Source: Octopus sinensis (taxonomy: Eukaryota). Taken from it: a stretch of 64,000 nt of DNA. This document shows, piece by piece, positions 13,790 through 26,226 of this stretch. Every line of letters starts with the position of its first letter. Positions within the stretch are counted from its first letter, which is position 1. A program made the position numbers and the translations under genes. Where the stretch lies: NCBI RefSeq assembly GCF_006345805.1, contig NC_043003.1, forward strand, positions 57,474,001 to 57,538,000. Direction: 5' to 3'. The notes beneath the pieces are model-generated. The model saw only the letters and a list, made by a program, of their open reading frames with translations. It made no database searches and was not told the DNA's origin.

Positions 13790-14031
13790 TAAAGAACAGA
13801 CAACAAGAGCCGGTTTTATTGGCGTGTAGGTTTCCCACCCGGTGCAGGAGGAAAGAGTGGGAAAAAGTTGTGGCGAAAGAGTCAACAGAAGGTCGCCATT
13901 AACTTCTGTCAGAGCCGCGTGGGAGTTTAGGTGTTGTCGTTTATAAACACACACATCGTCCGGTCTGAGGTCTGAACCCGCGATCCCTCGACTGCGAGTC
14001 CGCTGCTCTGAACACTAGGCCATGTGCCTCC
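13790..14031 (-). mobile_element. tRNA-derived SINE, family C
   Basis: Reverse complement begins gtggaggcacatggcctagtg and is homologous to 57927-58317; another diverged copy lies at about 14428-14667. Confidence 0.75.
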
Positions 14032-16089
14032 ACTTTATCAATTATGGTTCTGTCGAAATATAACAATATTAACATTTTACTGGCTATCTTAAACACGTTT
14101 ATTTTACTATTTATGATGTAATTGTAGTCTGTTCTTTATCCAGCCATGCCTGGCTCATACTTTTTATGATACTATTTATGATATAATTATGTGAGTAAAA
14201 TTAAGACATAACTTAAGGATTGGCAAATATAGTCTAATTAACAATATGTCTAGGTAGAACATAGTAGGGTTACGGTTTTAACGCTTTTGGACTAATGCTT
14301 GTTTAATAAGGTCTGACTTGACACTAAATAACAGTAACTAGAATTCTAAGTGGTTATCATTATGCTATAGTTATATACGTATAAAACTATGAGATAATAG
14401 AATGTCATTGCTGTTTGTTCCTTCTCGAACCATGCTTGGCTCATAAGGACCGGTTTCCCGGTTTCATTGGCGTATAGGTTCCCCATCTGGACGAGATGCC
14501 GGTCTGTCTCAGGTGCGCTGCTAGATACAGGAGGAGAGAGTGAGAGAAAGTTGTGGCAAAAGAGCCAGCAGAAGTTCGCCATTACCATTACCGTGTAGAG
14601 CTTAGGTGTTTCGCTCATAAACACACACATCGCCCGATCTGAGTTTCGAACCCACGATCCCTCTACCGCAAGATAATAGAATACTCGTGCCTAAATATTC
14701 ACTTGGTTATTTTAAGCCAGTCTTTACCAAATTTATCGAACGCTTCAGAATTTGATAGTCATCATCAGGTGTTCGATTCCTTCTAAGCATAAAGTTATCC
14801 CGCAGGCTTACAGGATCGAAACGTCGATATTTTTCTTATAGAAATATAAGACCAGAGTTCAAATCCGTGAAGGGATATTGAGGAACAAGCGAATTTTTAC
14901 TTTTGTTTCTCTCATTTAAATTATTTGTTTATTTATTTTTTGTTACTTAGCTCCCGTTCCGTTGTGAAAGGTATTCCAGCCATGATCATCACATCTTTTA
15001 TTCGGGTACAATTTAAGTAGGAATACATTTGACGCAGATTGTAGACAGCAAATTGGCAGCCATTTAGGTGTAGGCTGACCTGCCTTCAGATGCCTTCAGT
15101 TATTTGTTCTAGCTCTTTGCGTTCTGCGTTCAAATCACATCGAAAACTTTGCTTTTCATCCATTCGGCGTCGATAAAATAAAGTTCTAGGACAAGGAGAT
15201 GGGTTGGTGGAATCGTTAGAATATCAGATTATATGTCTTGCGTTTTTGCTGGGGGGTTTTTCCTGCATCATAGCGTTTTGGATGTTTACCTTGATCGTCG
15301 ACCCGTTCGACAATATCACATGGTTTTTGATTGCATATAACGGATTCCGTTCTCTTGCAAACATCTAGGCCAGGTCTTGAGTTTCAGAATAACTTACTTT
15401 CTTATTCTCATCCATCTCCAAAACCCTGATAAAAGAAATAAACTCCATACGTGCTTCCTTTCTCTTTCCTCTGGTTAAGCAGCGATGGAAACAAAATTAC
15501 AAACCTATTAATTTGTCCTATTTTTAAAAAGAAATCGTGCAGTGTAATTTGAGGAAGGTTTGTTTGACATTTCTAGCAAGTCGTGTTACAGCGAGGATGT
15601 TCTACTTTGGCTTCAATCCGACACATGACGACGATCAATAGTGGAATCGATCTAAATATTATGTAAATCAAAATACAAAAGATTAATAGCCCATAAAACT
15701 TTAATTATCTTTATATTTGTTATGAAACGGTAGACAAAAAGTTAATCAATGTCACACACCCCGAACACATATACATACTGTTTTAATACCAACATCCGAC
15801 ACAAGGCATTTCCCAGTTACTCTCCACACCCATACAATGTGATCGTTGGCCTGCAAGATGATGTGGGAACGTCTACATGATTTCTTGACTAGCAAGAAAT
15901 AACAGCTAAACATCTCTTAACATGTACCACAATATCTTTGTAAATAGTACAATGGATAATATGGTCCTGCGCAATAAGCTCACAGGAAAAATATGGGACG
16001 GTTCCGACTGTAGTTCTTTGCATTATAGATATGTTCGACAAGGCCTACACAACAAGCACACTGATTAGCATATATTGCATATATATATA

Positions 16090-16560
16090 CTAGTAGCTAA
16101 GCCCGGTTTCATCCGGACGGTTTGGATGATGTGGCTGTAAAACCTGTTCTGTGTAAGCATTCGATTTTTTTGGGCATGCTTACGTTACAAAAGAATTTTA
16201 GAATGACTTCTTTCTGTTAAAACGCTAAAAATGACTGACCAACAAAAAGAAAACCAAGATTCAACCAAATCAAAATATAAACCCAAATATTAAACGAACA
16301 AAGATGAACCATCACACTTCTTTTGCTCGCCGCCAACACGCACATAGACACACACACACACATACACACACACACAAACACACACACGCACACACATGCA
16401 CATTCACATACACCCTTCTACATACACACACATATATTCACACATAGTTGAAACGCTGTTTGATTTATTTTTTTCAGCGTACAGTTTTCATCATCCCACT
16501 ACCAAGTATGACATCACTCTTTTCTTTCTCATTCATAAACTTAAGAGTATTATTATAGTA
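16090..16560 (-). mobile_element. Non-autonomous Helitron 3' portion
   Basis: Minus strand ends ccggatgaaaccgg (hairpin) - gcttagcta - CTAG followed by T; the 5' limit is uncertain. Confidence 0.55.
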
Positions 16561-16562
16561 TA

Positions 16563-16955
16563 CTAACAGTATCGCCCGGCGTTGCTCGGGTTTTTAAGGG
16601 AAATAACTATATAAGCATTTTTAGTGATGTAAAGTATAATAGCCATCTCAATATGGCTAACCACAAAGGGGGGTTACTGTAGCTTTTTACGTTCTGAGAT
16701 TTAATGATAAATTTTTAGACAGTTACTTCCCTTATATATGCCAAAAATGCATTAAAAATGGGAAAAATTGATGGCAAATTTTTTTTTAAATCGTAGACTC
16801 ATCGTAGACGTGCGCTAATACCCAGAAGGGCTCGATATGAATCACGACTATAAGATACCCGGTTTTGGTTAAACTGCACCGCAAAATGTGAGAGTAGTTA
16901 GGAATCTAAATCGTAGGAGACAGACAGCACACAACCTCACCTTTATATATAAAGA
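16563..16955 (-). mobile_element. Non-autonomous Helitron
   Basis: Minus strand: A^TCTTTATATATAAA ... cccgagcaacgccggg hairpin ... TTAG^T (CTAG mutated). The 3' end is shared with 59964-60346. Confidence 0.8.
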
Positions 16956-17738
16956 TTATGTCGGTAACCATGGGAGCTATGAAAAAATACAAAGCCCAGC
17001 ATCATCTATGTATGTATGTATGTATGTATGTATGTATGAATGAATGTATGTATATATATATGTATACATGCATATATATATATGTATGTATGCATGTGTA
17101 TACACACACACACAAACACACACATATATTTATAAAAAAGAGGAATGTAAAAATACATTACGATGTGTATATCGTAAACAATTCACAATTATTTACGAAT
17201 ATATCAATGCCCGACTATGTAATAAAAAAATTTATGAAATTTTTGATCGTATATTTGGCCGTTGTAAATAATTATGAATAGTTTACGATATATCCTTAGT
17301 AATGTATTATAACATTCCTATTTTATTATTCAATTTTTCACTCATATCCAGTTTATCGCCGTGCCTATTCAAATATGTAGATAGATATTGACAAATTATT
17401 TTTGCTGGTCAGGAAACATGTAAGCCCCAAGGTCTGTTTTTTTTTTTTGGGGGGGGGGCGATTAATTTGTATCTATAGTAATGTTCTCTTCAATAGACGA
17501 GTGGAACCGCTTTTGGATCTTAACTTCGAAATTGCAATAGAAAATTAATCTTTTATTTAAGTTTTGAATTTTATGTCATGTTGTATAAACGACACCTTTA
17601 TTGTGAAAAAATAAAATATGAGTGATTGTAGTGGCCTTAAAGCGGTTTTGACTGCTAGTTCTAGACCTGTAAGAGTTTCTGAAACCCTCTCCGTTATAAT
17701 TCTGATTTGTCCATAATTATACACATTTCCTATATATA

Positions 17739-17776
<38 letters not shown>

Positions 17777-18025
17777 TGAGTGTATATATACACAAACACA
17801 CACATATACATATGCATAAATGTATGTGTGTGAGTGTGTGCATGCTTAGGTATGTGCGTAAATATATATATGTATATATAGCCGTAAATATAAATATATA
17901 TATATATGTATATGTATATATATGTGTGTGTGTGTGTGTAAATATATATATATACATATATCATAATCACTTTTGCATTTTTATCAGACCATGCTACCGG
18001 TTTCAATCGTTTTATGATATCTATG

Positions 18026-18056
<31 letters not shown>

Positions 18057-18989
18057 ATATATACGCACACACACACACACACATATATATATATACATTT
18101 ATGTATGAATATGTATGTGTGTGCGCGTGTGTGCGTGTGTAGTGTGCATAATATGTATGTATCTCTTCGCTCACTCATATCGTATAAATATACGAATACG
18201 ATGCAGAAGCACAGGTTTGCACCGCGCACATACACACGCACACAAATACACACATTCACACATATGTTTTCATCACACACGCATTCACGCACACACACAC
18301 ACACATGTTTACATGACATACACTTTCACATACCACTCGCACATTCACACACCACAAATACACGTATATGCACACAGAGAGAAAAAAAGGAAGAGAAAGC
18401 AAAAGAGAAAAAGAGAATGAAAGTGTGATAACAGAGAGAGAGAGAGAGAGAGAGAGGAGAGATAGAAAGAGAAAGAATCACTTGTTTAAATATATCGATC
18501 TAATAAATTGACGATGGATTTGTACAAATCTCCGTGGAATATAGTCAGCTTGTGTGCATACGTATGTGTGTTTGAGTGTTCTTTAAGTTTATTGTGTTAA
18601 TGAACGCGAATGCGTGTTTTCTTGTCCCTATATCTTTATTTTCATTTTATTATATTAATATTATGTATTCTGTGAATAATCGTGTTGCTGCACAGAGCTT
18701 CCTAAGCTCAAGCGAACATCATTACTCTTAAGCCACATTTTCCCAAGCAGCCTCTAATTTACCAAAGTGCAACGTATCCAAGTGCAACTCATTCGTTGTA
18801 GTAGAAACCATTGATATTTCGAATTTTACCTCCGGTCATCTTCCAAAGAGTTTCATCTCCATAAGATCTTTGTTTAAACTAATAACTGCAGCATTTCATT
18901 TACCTATTGATCTTGCTGGTGTGGAGACACACTATCGTGGACGCACAGCTCATATTTACAAGCGTTGACCAGATTATCAATGGATACCT

Positions 18990-19267
18990 ATCTTTTACCT
19001 TTCTGTGTTTCGGTTATTAAACTGCGGTCAAGCTGGTTCACCACCTTGAAGGATTTTAGTTGAAAGAACCGACTCTGATGTTTTTCGGGGTTTTCTTTTA
19101 TTAAAGCCTGGTACTCACTCATTTGATTGGATACTTTTGCCGAACTGCAAAGTTATAGGATCTTAAACACACCAACACCGGTTGCCAAGCAGTAGTGAGG
19201 GACAAACACAGACACACGGACACATAGACAGATAGGCAGACAGATAGAAAGACAGAGATTGATAGAT

Positions 19268-19314
<47 letters not shown>

Positions 19315-19347
19315 TAGATAGGCAGACAGGCAGACAGACAGACAGAC

Positions 19348-19414
<67 letters not shown>

Positions 19415-19546
19415 TGTTTCTTTATTAGCCACACAGGGCTGAACACAGACGGGACAAATTACAAAGGAGAGCTTTTCTTTTGGGGGAGAAAAAATGATAG
19501 ATAGATAGATAGACAGACAGAAAGACAGACAGACAGACAGACAGAC

Positions 19547-19614
<68 letters not shown>

Positions 19615-19775
19615 CGAGGGCGGGATTTTTCAGTTTCTGTCTACCACATCCACTCAAAAGGCTGTGGTCGGCCAGAAGCTATAGTAGAAGACACTTGCAC
19701 AAGGTCCCACACAGTGGTATTGAACCCCGAACTACGTGGTTGGGAAGCAAGCTTCTTACCACACAGCCACAACTG
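18990..19775 (-). mobile_element. SINE family A with expanded (GATA/GACA)n and an internal insertion
   Basis: Family A head at about 19775 and tail at about 19000, interrupted by microsatellites. Confidence 0.7.
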
Positions 19776-19784
19776 CATCTTGAT

Positions 19785-20534
19785 CAGAGGTTCCCAACCG
19801 GGATGCATATGGCCCCTTAGTGTCCAAATAAGATTAAAATTTTAAAATTGGGGATCCACGATAGTGTTATAAAGGCCCCTAAATACGATAGTATTATAAA
19901 GGCCCCTAAAAGAATTTTATTTTAGTTGTATGTATTGGTATCTATTACAAGAAACAATTTGGCTTCTTTCACTAACATTTTACATTATTCAACTTGCACA
20001 AGTTAATACGTGAAAAACAAACTGGGAATTTTGAAACAAATTTCCTTAAAACTAGTTTTTAAACATCGAATGGCTATGGGGGTCTGCTAGAATAAAATAG
20101 TAATATAGTAGGCGTAGGAGTGGCTGTGAGGTAAGTAGCTTGCTTACCGATCACACGGTTCCGGGTTCAGTCCCAATGTGTGGCACCTTGGGCAAGTGTC
20201 GGGCCAACCATAGATTTGTGAGTGGATTTGGTAGACGGAAACTGAAAGAAGCCCTTCGTATATATGTATGCGCGTGTATATGTTTGTGTGTCTGTGTTTG
20301 CCCCCCCCCCACCACCACCACATCGTTTGAAAACCGATGCTAGTGTGTTCACGTCCCTGTAACTTAGCGGTTCAACAAAAGAGATGATAGAATAAGTACT
20401 ATGTTTACAAAGAATAAGTCCTGGGGTCGATTTGCTCGACTAAAAGGCGGTGCTTCAGCATGGCCACAGCCACATGACTGAAGCAAGTAAAAGAGTAAAG
20501 GCGTCCATAGATTAATAATGGTTGAGAACCCCTG
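19785..20534. mobile_element. hAT (Charlie-like) MITE interrupted by a family A SINE (20111-20499)
   Basis: TIRs cagaggttcccaacc / ggttgagaacccctg; flanks atcttgat / ctttagat resemble the NTCTAGAN target; 27-bp internal tandem duplication near 19858-19910. A second 3' half of this family follows at about 20560-20759. Confidence 0.75.
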
Positions 20535-21407
20535 CTTTAGATATGTGTATTGGTGTGTATTGCAAGAATCAGCCAGATTTCTTTCTCTAGCGTTTTACAT
20601 AGTTCAACCTACACAAGTTAATGTGGGAAAAACAAAATAGGAATTTTGAAAGGCGTTTCTATAAAACTAGTTTATAACCATTGAATGGCTATGGGTGGGG
20701 TCCACCAGAACAAAATAGTACTCGAAGGATTTATACGTACAAAATGGTTGAGAACCCATGATCTAGTTTGTAATCATTGTATATAGGGCTCGCTAGTATC
20801 AGGGAATTGCTTCGTTGTTTGGTGTTTAATCAGAGCGCTGATGACTATTTAGAATGCTCCAATAACGTAGCTTTAAACCAGAATAACGGATAACTATGTA
20901 ATGCTACGATTCAAGCTCAACTTAGAAGAAGTTGCGCCGAGTTCCCGAAAAACTAATAGCGAAAAGTTGTTCCGTGTCAGTAAAAGGATAGTAAGAATCT
21001 GTTTATCATCATCAGAAACTGAAATACCTACCAAATATAAATTTGGATAATTTAGTTGGCAGACTTGCAGTTGTTCATAGAGCCCTGACACCAAAGCCAA
21101 AACTAAGAAAATGTTGAAATATTCGTTTGAAGCTTCATAATTGTACCACGTATGTTTACCCCCTTATAAATCCTAAATTTTATTTTGATATTTATGGGAA
21201 CAACTGTCTTTGAAGACTCATATTGTCGTTGAATACTCGAAATGAGGAGTAGATAGACATCCGACAACTGACGAAGGGTCCTTTCTCTTTGTTTATTTTT
21301 CCTGTTTCCCATTTTTTCTCGTACGTATTTAACTTGTTTGTTTACGTATTTCATGTTATTTGCACCGCTGGTGACGTTCAGTACAATATATGCATGTATA
21401 TAAATAT

Positions 21408-21452
<45 letters not shown>

Positions 21453-21472
21453 CACACACACACATGCATGTA

Positions 21473-21541
<69 letters not shown>

Positions 21542-21664
21542 CATAGAGACAGACAGATAGAATGAGAGAGAGAAGAAGAAAAGAAGGAAGAGACTGACAG
21601 ACTGATGTACGTACGCGTATTTATATGTATCCACTTACTGGACCGCTGAAATCTACAAGTTGTT

Positions 21665-21825
21665 TTCATTCTCTCTTTGTTTATTTTCTATTATTCCTTT
21701 CTGTTGAAGAGCGTAGGCTCGAAACGTAAAACACTTTTTCATTTTTCCCGAGCGTCAAACTAATACACTTGCTTGTTGTTCATACACCTGTCTTCATCTT
21801 TTGTTTTTCTATAAATTTCAACTAC
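21665..21825 (+). mobile_element. Short repeat family carrying a CUGUUGA HHR-like motif (copy A; motif 21698-21731)
   Basis: cttt-CTGTTGA-A-GAGC-GTAG-GCTC-GAAAC-GTA-aaa; homologous to 30618-30800 and 63383-63560. Confidence 0.7.
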
Positions 21826-21960
21826 ACAGAAATCTGGATCCTTACGAAAATAGGAATATATTCATGTATGTATGTATGCATGTACGCGCATACGTGTGTT
21901 TGTGTGCATATGTATGTATGTAGGTAGATATGCACAATATATTGATATATATATATATAT

Positions 21961-22209
21961 ATAATATTAATTAGAGACAAAACCACTATTATGCAAATCA
22001 AACAAAGAAAGACTTAATCCAATTTTAAAATAATTTTAAATTGAATAGAAGGTCTTTAAACCACCTGATGAATGTCCTTAGAAGTGACAGGAAACAATTG
22101 TAGTGGATAACTTAATTTTATTTAATTTATATAAAAAATTTTATGTATTGGATTAAGTCTTTCTTTGTTTGATTTGCATAATAGTGGTTTTGTCTCTAAT
22201 TAATATTAT
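21961..22209 (+). repeat. Perfect 63-bp inverted repeat enclosing a hammerhead motif
   Basis: 21961-22023 is the exact reverse complement of 22147-22209; 123-nt spacer; (TA)n tracts nearby on both sides. Confidence 0.95.
22061..22106 (+). ncRNA. Minimal type I hammerhead ribozyme motif
   Basis: CCAC-CUGAUGA-A-UGUC-CUUAGAAGU-GACA-G-GAA-ACAAUUGU-A-GUGG. Stem I CCAC/GUGG, stem II UGUC/GACA, palindromic stem III; predicted GUA site after 22102; A.G mismatch at the 10.1/11.1 position. Confidence 0.75.
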
Positions 22210-22291
22210 ATTATATTTTACTATAAAATTGGATTCAATCCTAAATGTGATTTTTTCCTGTAAATTTGGATTTATTCACTAATATTTATTA

Positions 22292-22344
<53 letters not shown>

Positions 22345-23489
22345 GTAAATGTACATAGTACAGGTTAAACGTTTTAATTTTTCAGTTTCATTCATGGCCT
22401 GTACTCATACTTTATGAATTAGTTAATTCTTTCTGGTTTTTGGAAATCAGCTGCATATTAATTCTGAATTGAATAGTTATAAAATAATAGGAGCCTATTA
22501 ACCATAGGTATAAACCTGGAGATATTGTCTGTCGGTAAAATATGCAGACTTTTCATGAGTTTTCTATAAGCGTTTATTGGCTTGCTGATAAAATTCTGTC
22601 TTAATGTAGATATATATGGCAACATGTGTATGTGTGTGTATTTCTATGCATGCGTGTGTATTTGTGTGTGTGTGTGTGTGTGTATCAGTGTGACAGTGTG
22701 GGTGCGCATGACAACGCTGTCTGATAGTAGTGGTGGTGATGGTGATAGCAATGATTTTTTTTTTTATGCGATAATGTTGGTTGTATGTTTCGGATACATA
22801 AATTACGCATGTATATTACGTGTGTATGCGGGGGAGGGTGTTTGTGAGTGTGTGTGTGTCAAAGCGCAAATAACGATATATACATACACAAACGTGTGTG
22901 TATGTGTGTGTGTAGTAAAATCTGCCAACGAAAAGTGACAGTCCTGCGTAGGTCGATGTTACTACCTTTCAGCCCCAGGAAAACATCTTTTCCAGCTGGC
23001 TATCGATACATGATTTGTGTCCGTGTACTGTGAGCAAGAGAGTCTACTGCTCCCTTTCTAGCCGTAGCAATACTTGTAGATCAATAGTTTCTGGGTAATT
23101 TCCTTTCGTCGGTTAAGTACAACCGCCAACGAGATTTAGCAACGATATGCTCTTGCTCACAGGATATACTTTTAAAGCATGACACTGTCGCTGATCTTCT
23201 AAAGAGAAAAACAATTAGTTTAAAATCTCTGAGCAAAGATATATAGTAACAGTACTGTACAATAAAGTCTATTTGCCAACACAAAGTGGCAGTCCTACGT
23301 AGACGATGTTAAAGCGTTTTAGCCCCAGGAAAACATTTTATCCAGTTGGGTACCGACACATGATCTGTGTCCGTATACTATATCTACCTAAAGGACACTT
23401 CATGAATTTTCAGATATATATATATATATAGTTGAAATTTATTTAAAACAAAACAAAAGATGAAGACAGGTGTAGGAACAACTAGCAAG

Positions 23490-24637
23490 TTTATCCAGAT
23501 TCTCCTTTAAGCATTTACTAACAAGACCTAGTGCTTCAGTTATTATTGGTGTGAATATGAATTCATAGTCTGGAGTTTTCGAAGAAGTTATCCATAGATA
23601 TCCTCTTTTTCTTTGATTTTCAAAGAGATATTTATATCTGCAGGGCAGCTGACGTCTATGACGGTACGTAACTCTGCCCACTGTCCCAAACGACAATATC
23701 CGGCCTGTTATATCTACATTTGACAGACGTTTTCATGGGAATATTCCATACGTATTCCTTGAGTTGGTGTTTAACAATGTATTCTATAACATAGGGATTT
23801 TCTAAGTTTATTTCAGGACAGTCTTTCTTGCAGATGACAAGTTAAATTGTTTTAGCGACAACACATGAGGAGGTAATTCTGTGACGACATTTTAAGACAG
23901 CTGCTAATCACATGCATGATGTCTTCTACAGAAACATGACATAGCCTACATATGCGGTTGCACCTTGGGATTACAAGAGCGTCACTGACTCTCTTGCTTA
24001 CCAGGTACTTTGCGTCAATCTCCTGACCTTTGATTATAAAGTGTGATGTGATGCAGTAATCTTGTGTCCAAGAGAGGTTCCACTTCGTGTCAATTATACT
24101 GTCTTCTTCAAGCTTCCGAGCAACATACTCATGCATAGTCTTTTTGTTTTATGCTGAGTGCTTTCCATCCAGGTCTTCGTTGAGGTAAGAGAACCCAGCT
24201 GTTTTGGGCCTGTATAGGAGATCATGAGGGAGAGAGTGCTTCTTGAGGAGCTCGCTGCCAACTCGTACAATGTTGCTCACTTCAGTTTTCAGCATAGTTT
24301 TTATGTATTTATTTTTGCTGTTTTTCAGCAGATGCTGCCTGAGTGATACCACACGGCATTCGAAGGCCGTCTGCACTGATCTCAAGCTTCTACCACCTTC
24401 ATTTCATTTTAGGTAGAGCCTATCAACACCACTGTTTCTGTGGAAGTTCCTAGATGTTCTCAGGATTTTGCGGGGTTTGATATCTATGGAGGGGATTTCT
24501 TCTACTGACCAATCAAGTATCCCAAATACTGAGATCAGTACTGGAACTACAAATGCATTGTGGGATATTGTTTCGTTGAAAAAGGAGAGTTCCGATTGCC
24601 ACATTTTTCTCATCTTGGTCTAATATTCTCGGGTCAT
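23490..24637 (-). mobile_element. R4/Dong-like RLE non-LTR retrotransposon, 3' coding fragment
   Basis: Minus-strand remnants WQSELSFFN...HNAFVVPVL, DRLYLK..GGRSL, CCHC knuckle CRLCHVSVEDIMHVISSC, and RLE-region VIDVSCP...KEKEDIY and GLVSKCL; many stops. Confidence 0.85.
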
Positions 24638-25004
24638 TTATGTATGTATATATGTATGTACGTATGTATGTATGTATGTATGTATGTATGTATGTATGTA
24701 TGTATGTATGTATGCATGCATGCATGCATGCATGTATGTATGTATGTATGTATGTATGTATGTATGTATGTATGCATGTATGTATGTATGTATGTATGTA
24801 TGTATGTATGTGCATATGTAGGTATATATGTATGTACGTATGTATGTGTATATGTATGCATATATGTATGTACGTATGTATGTATGTATGTATGCATATG
24901 TTTGAAGGAATTCCGATGTAGGAAAGGAAAAATCTTTTTCTGAAGCTGTTTGTGGGCTGTTGTGGTAATAATAGACTTATTATTATTATTATTATTATTA
25001 TTAT

Positions 25005-25090
<86 letters not shown>

Positions 25091-25513
25091 TGAAGAGGAG
25101 GAGAGAGAAACGAAGGAGAAGGTGGAGAAAGAGGTGGAGTCAGAGAATTGGCCTGTGAGGTAAGAAATGAATGTGTGTGTGTATATCTGACCACGGCTGT
25201 GGGAAATCGGTTAAGGCGAAGTGGTGGTGGTGGTGGTGGTGGAGATGGTGGTGGTGATGGGGATGGGTAGGGTGGTGTATTGTGGTGGTTGTGGTGGCGG
25301 CGGCGACGGCGGTGGAGTGAGGGTGTCTAACTGGAATTGAATTAGGATTTAACGCGAATATGAAAAGACCTACAGAAACATATTAAGTGTAATTAACACA
25401 AGGCCATTTTTCACTGAAATTCGTGATAGAAGCATGCTGGGATAGAATCCGGCTGCTTGGAATAGAAGTAGAAATACACATACATACACACACACACATA
25501 TATATATATATTA

Positions 25514-25558
<45 letters not shown>

Positions 25559-25605
25559 CATATGTATATGTATATATATCCATTCGTATATGCGTAAACA
25601 TATAC

Positions 25606-25640
<35 letters not shown>

Positions 25641-26156
25641 TGTATGTATGTATGTATGTATGTTTGTATGCATGTATGCACGTAGTTATATAGTGTGTGT
25701 GTGTAACGGAAGAGAAAGGCGTGGGAGAGAATGGGGAGAGCAACAGCAATTTGGGTAGATTTAAGCATATCGAGAAGCATTACGTGAAATTGTTCAAAGA
25801 AAGAGTGCGAGGAGTTGGAAAGACTCAAATAAAAAAAGAGAGGGTAGGAATAAGAGAGAAAGTGACAGAGAGCCAGAGAATGAGGAGTGGAAGAAAGAGA
25901 AAGTGAAGAAAAGATAACTCTAGACATGTGCAAAGATACAGAGAGATGTGCGAACAAGTGGAAATATTGACATCAATAAAAGCGTAACATTAAATTTACA
26001 CATGAAATAATTTTGTCTAAATTTATTGACCGTCAGTTGATTTATGTATTAATGCATATATACTCTTTCTCACTCTTCTATAATACACATATATGTGAGT
26101 AGTTCGATATGTGCCTACGACCACGTATATATGTGTGTGTCCGTGTGTATATTTGC

Positions 26157-26202
<46 letters not shown>

Positions 26203-26226
26203 CACCATACTTACAAGCATACAAAC

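Noticed and set aside
14796-14829. uauc-CCGCAGG-...-GAAAC-GUC-gaua
   Set aside because: Stem I and the GUC site fit, but there are three core substitutions and no stem II; at best a heavily decayed HHR.
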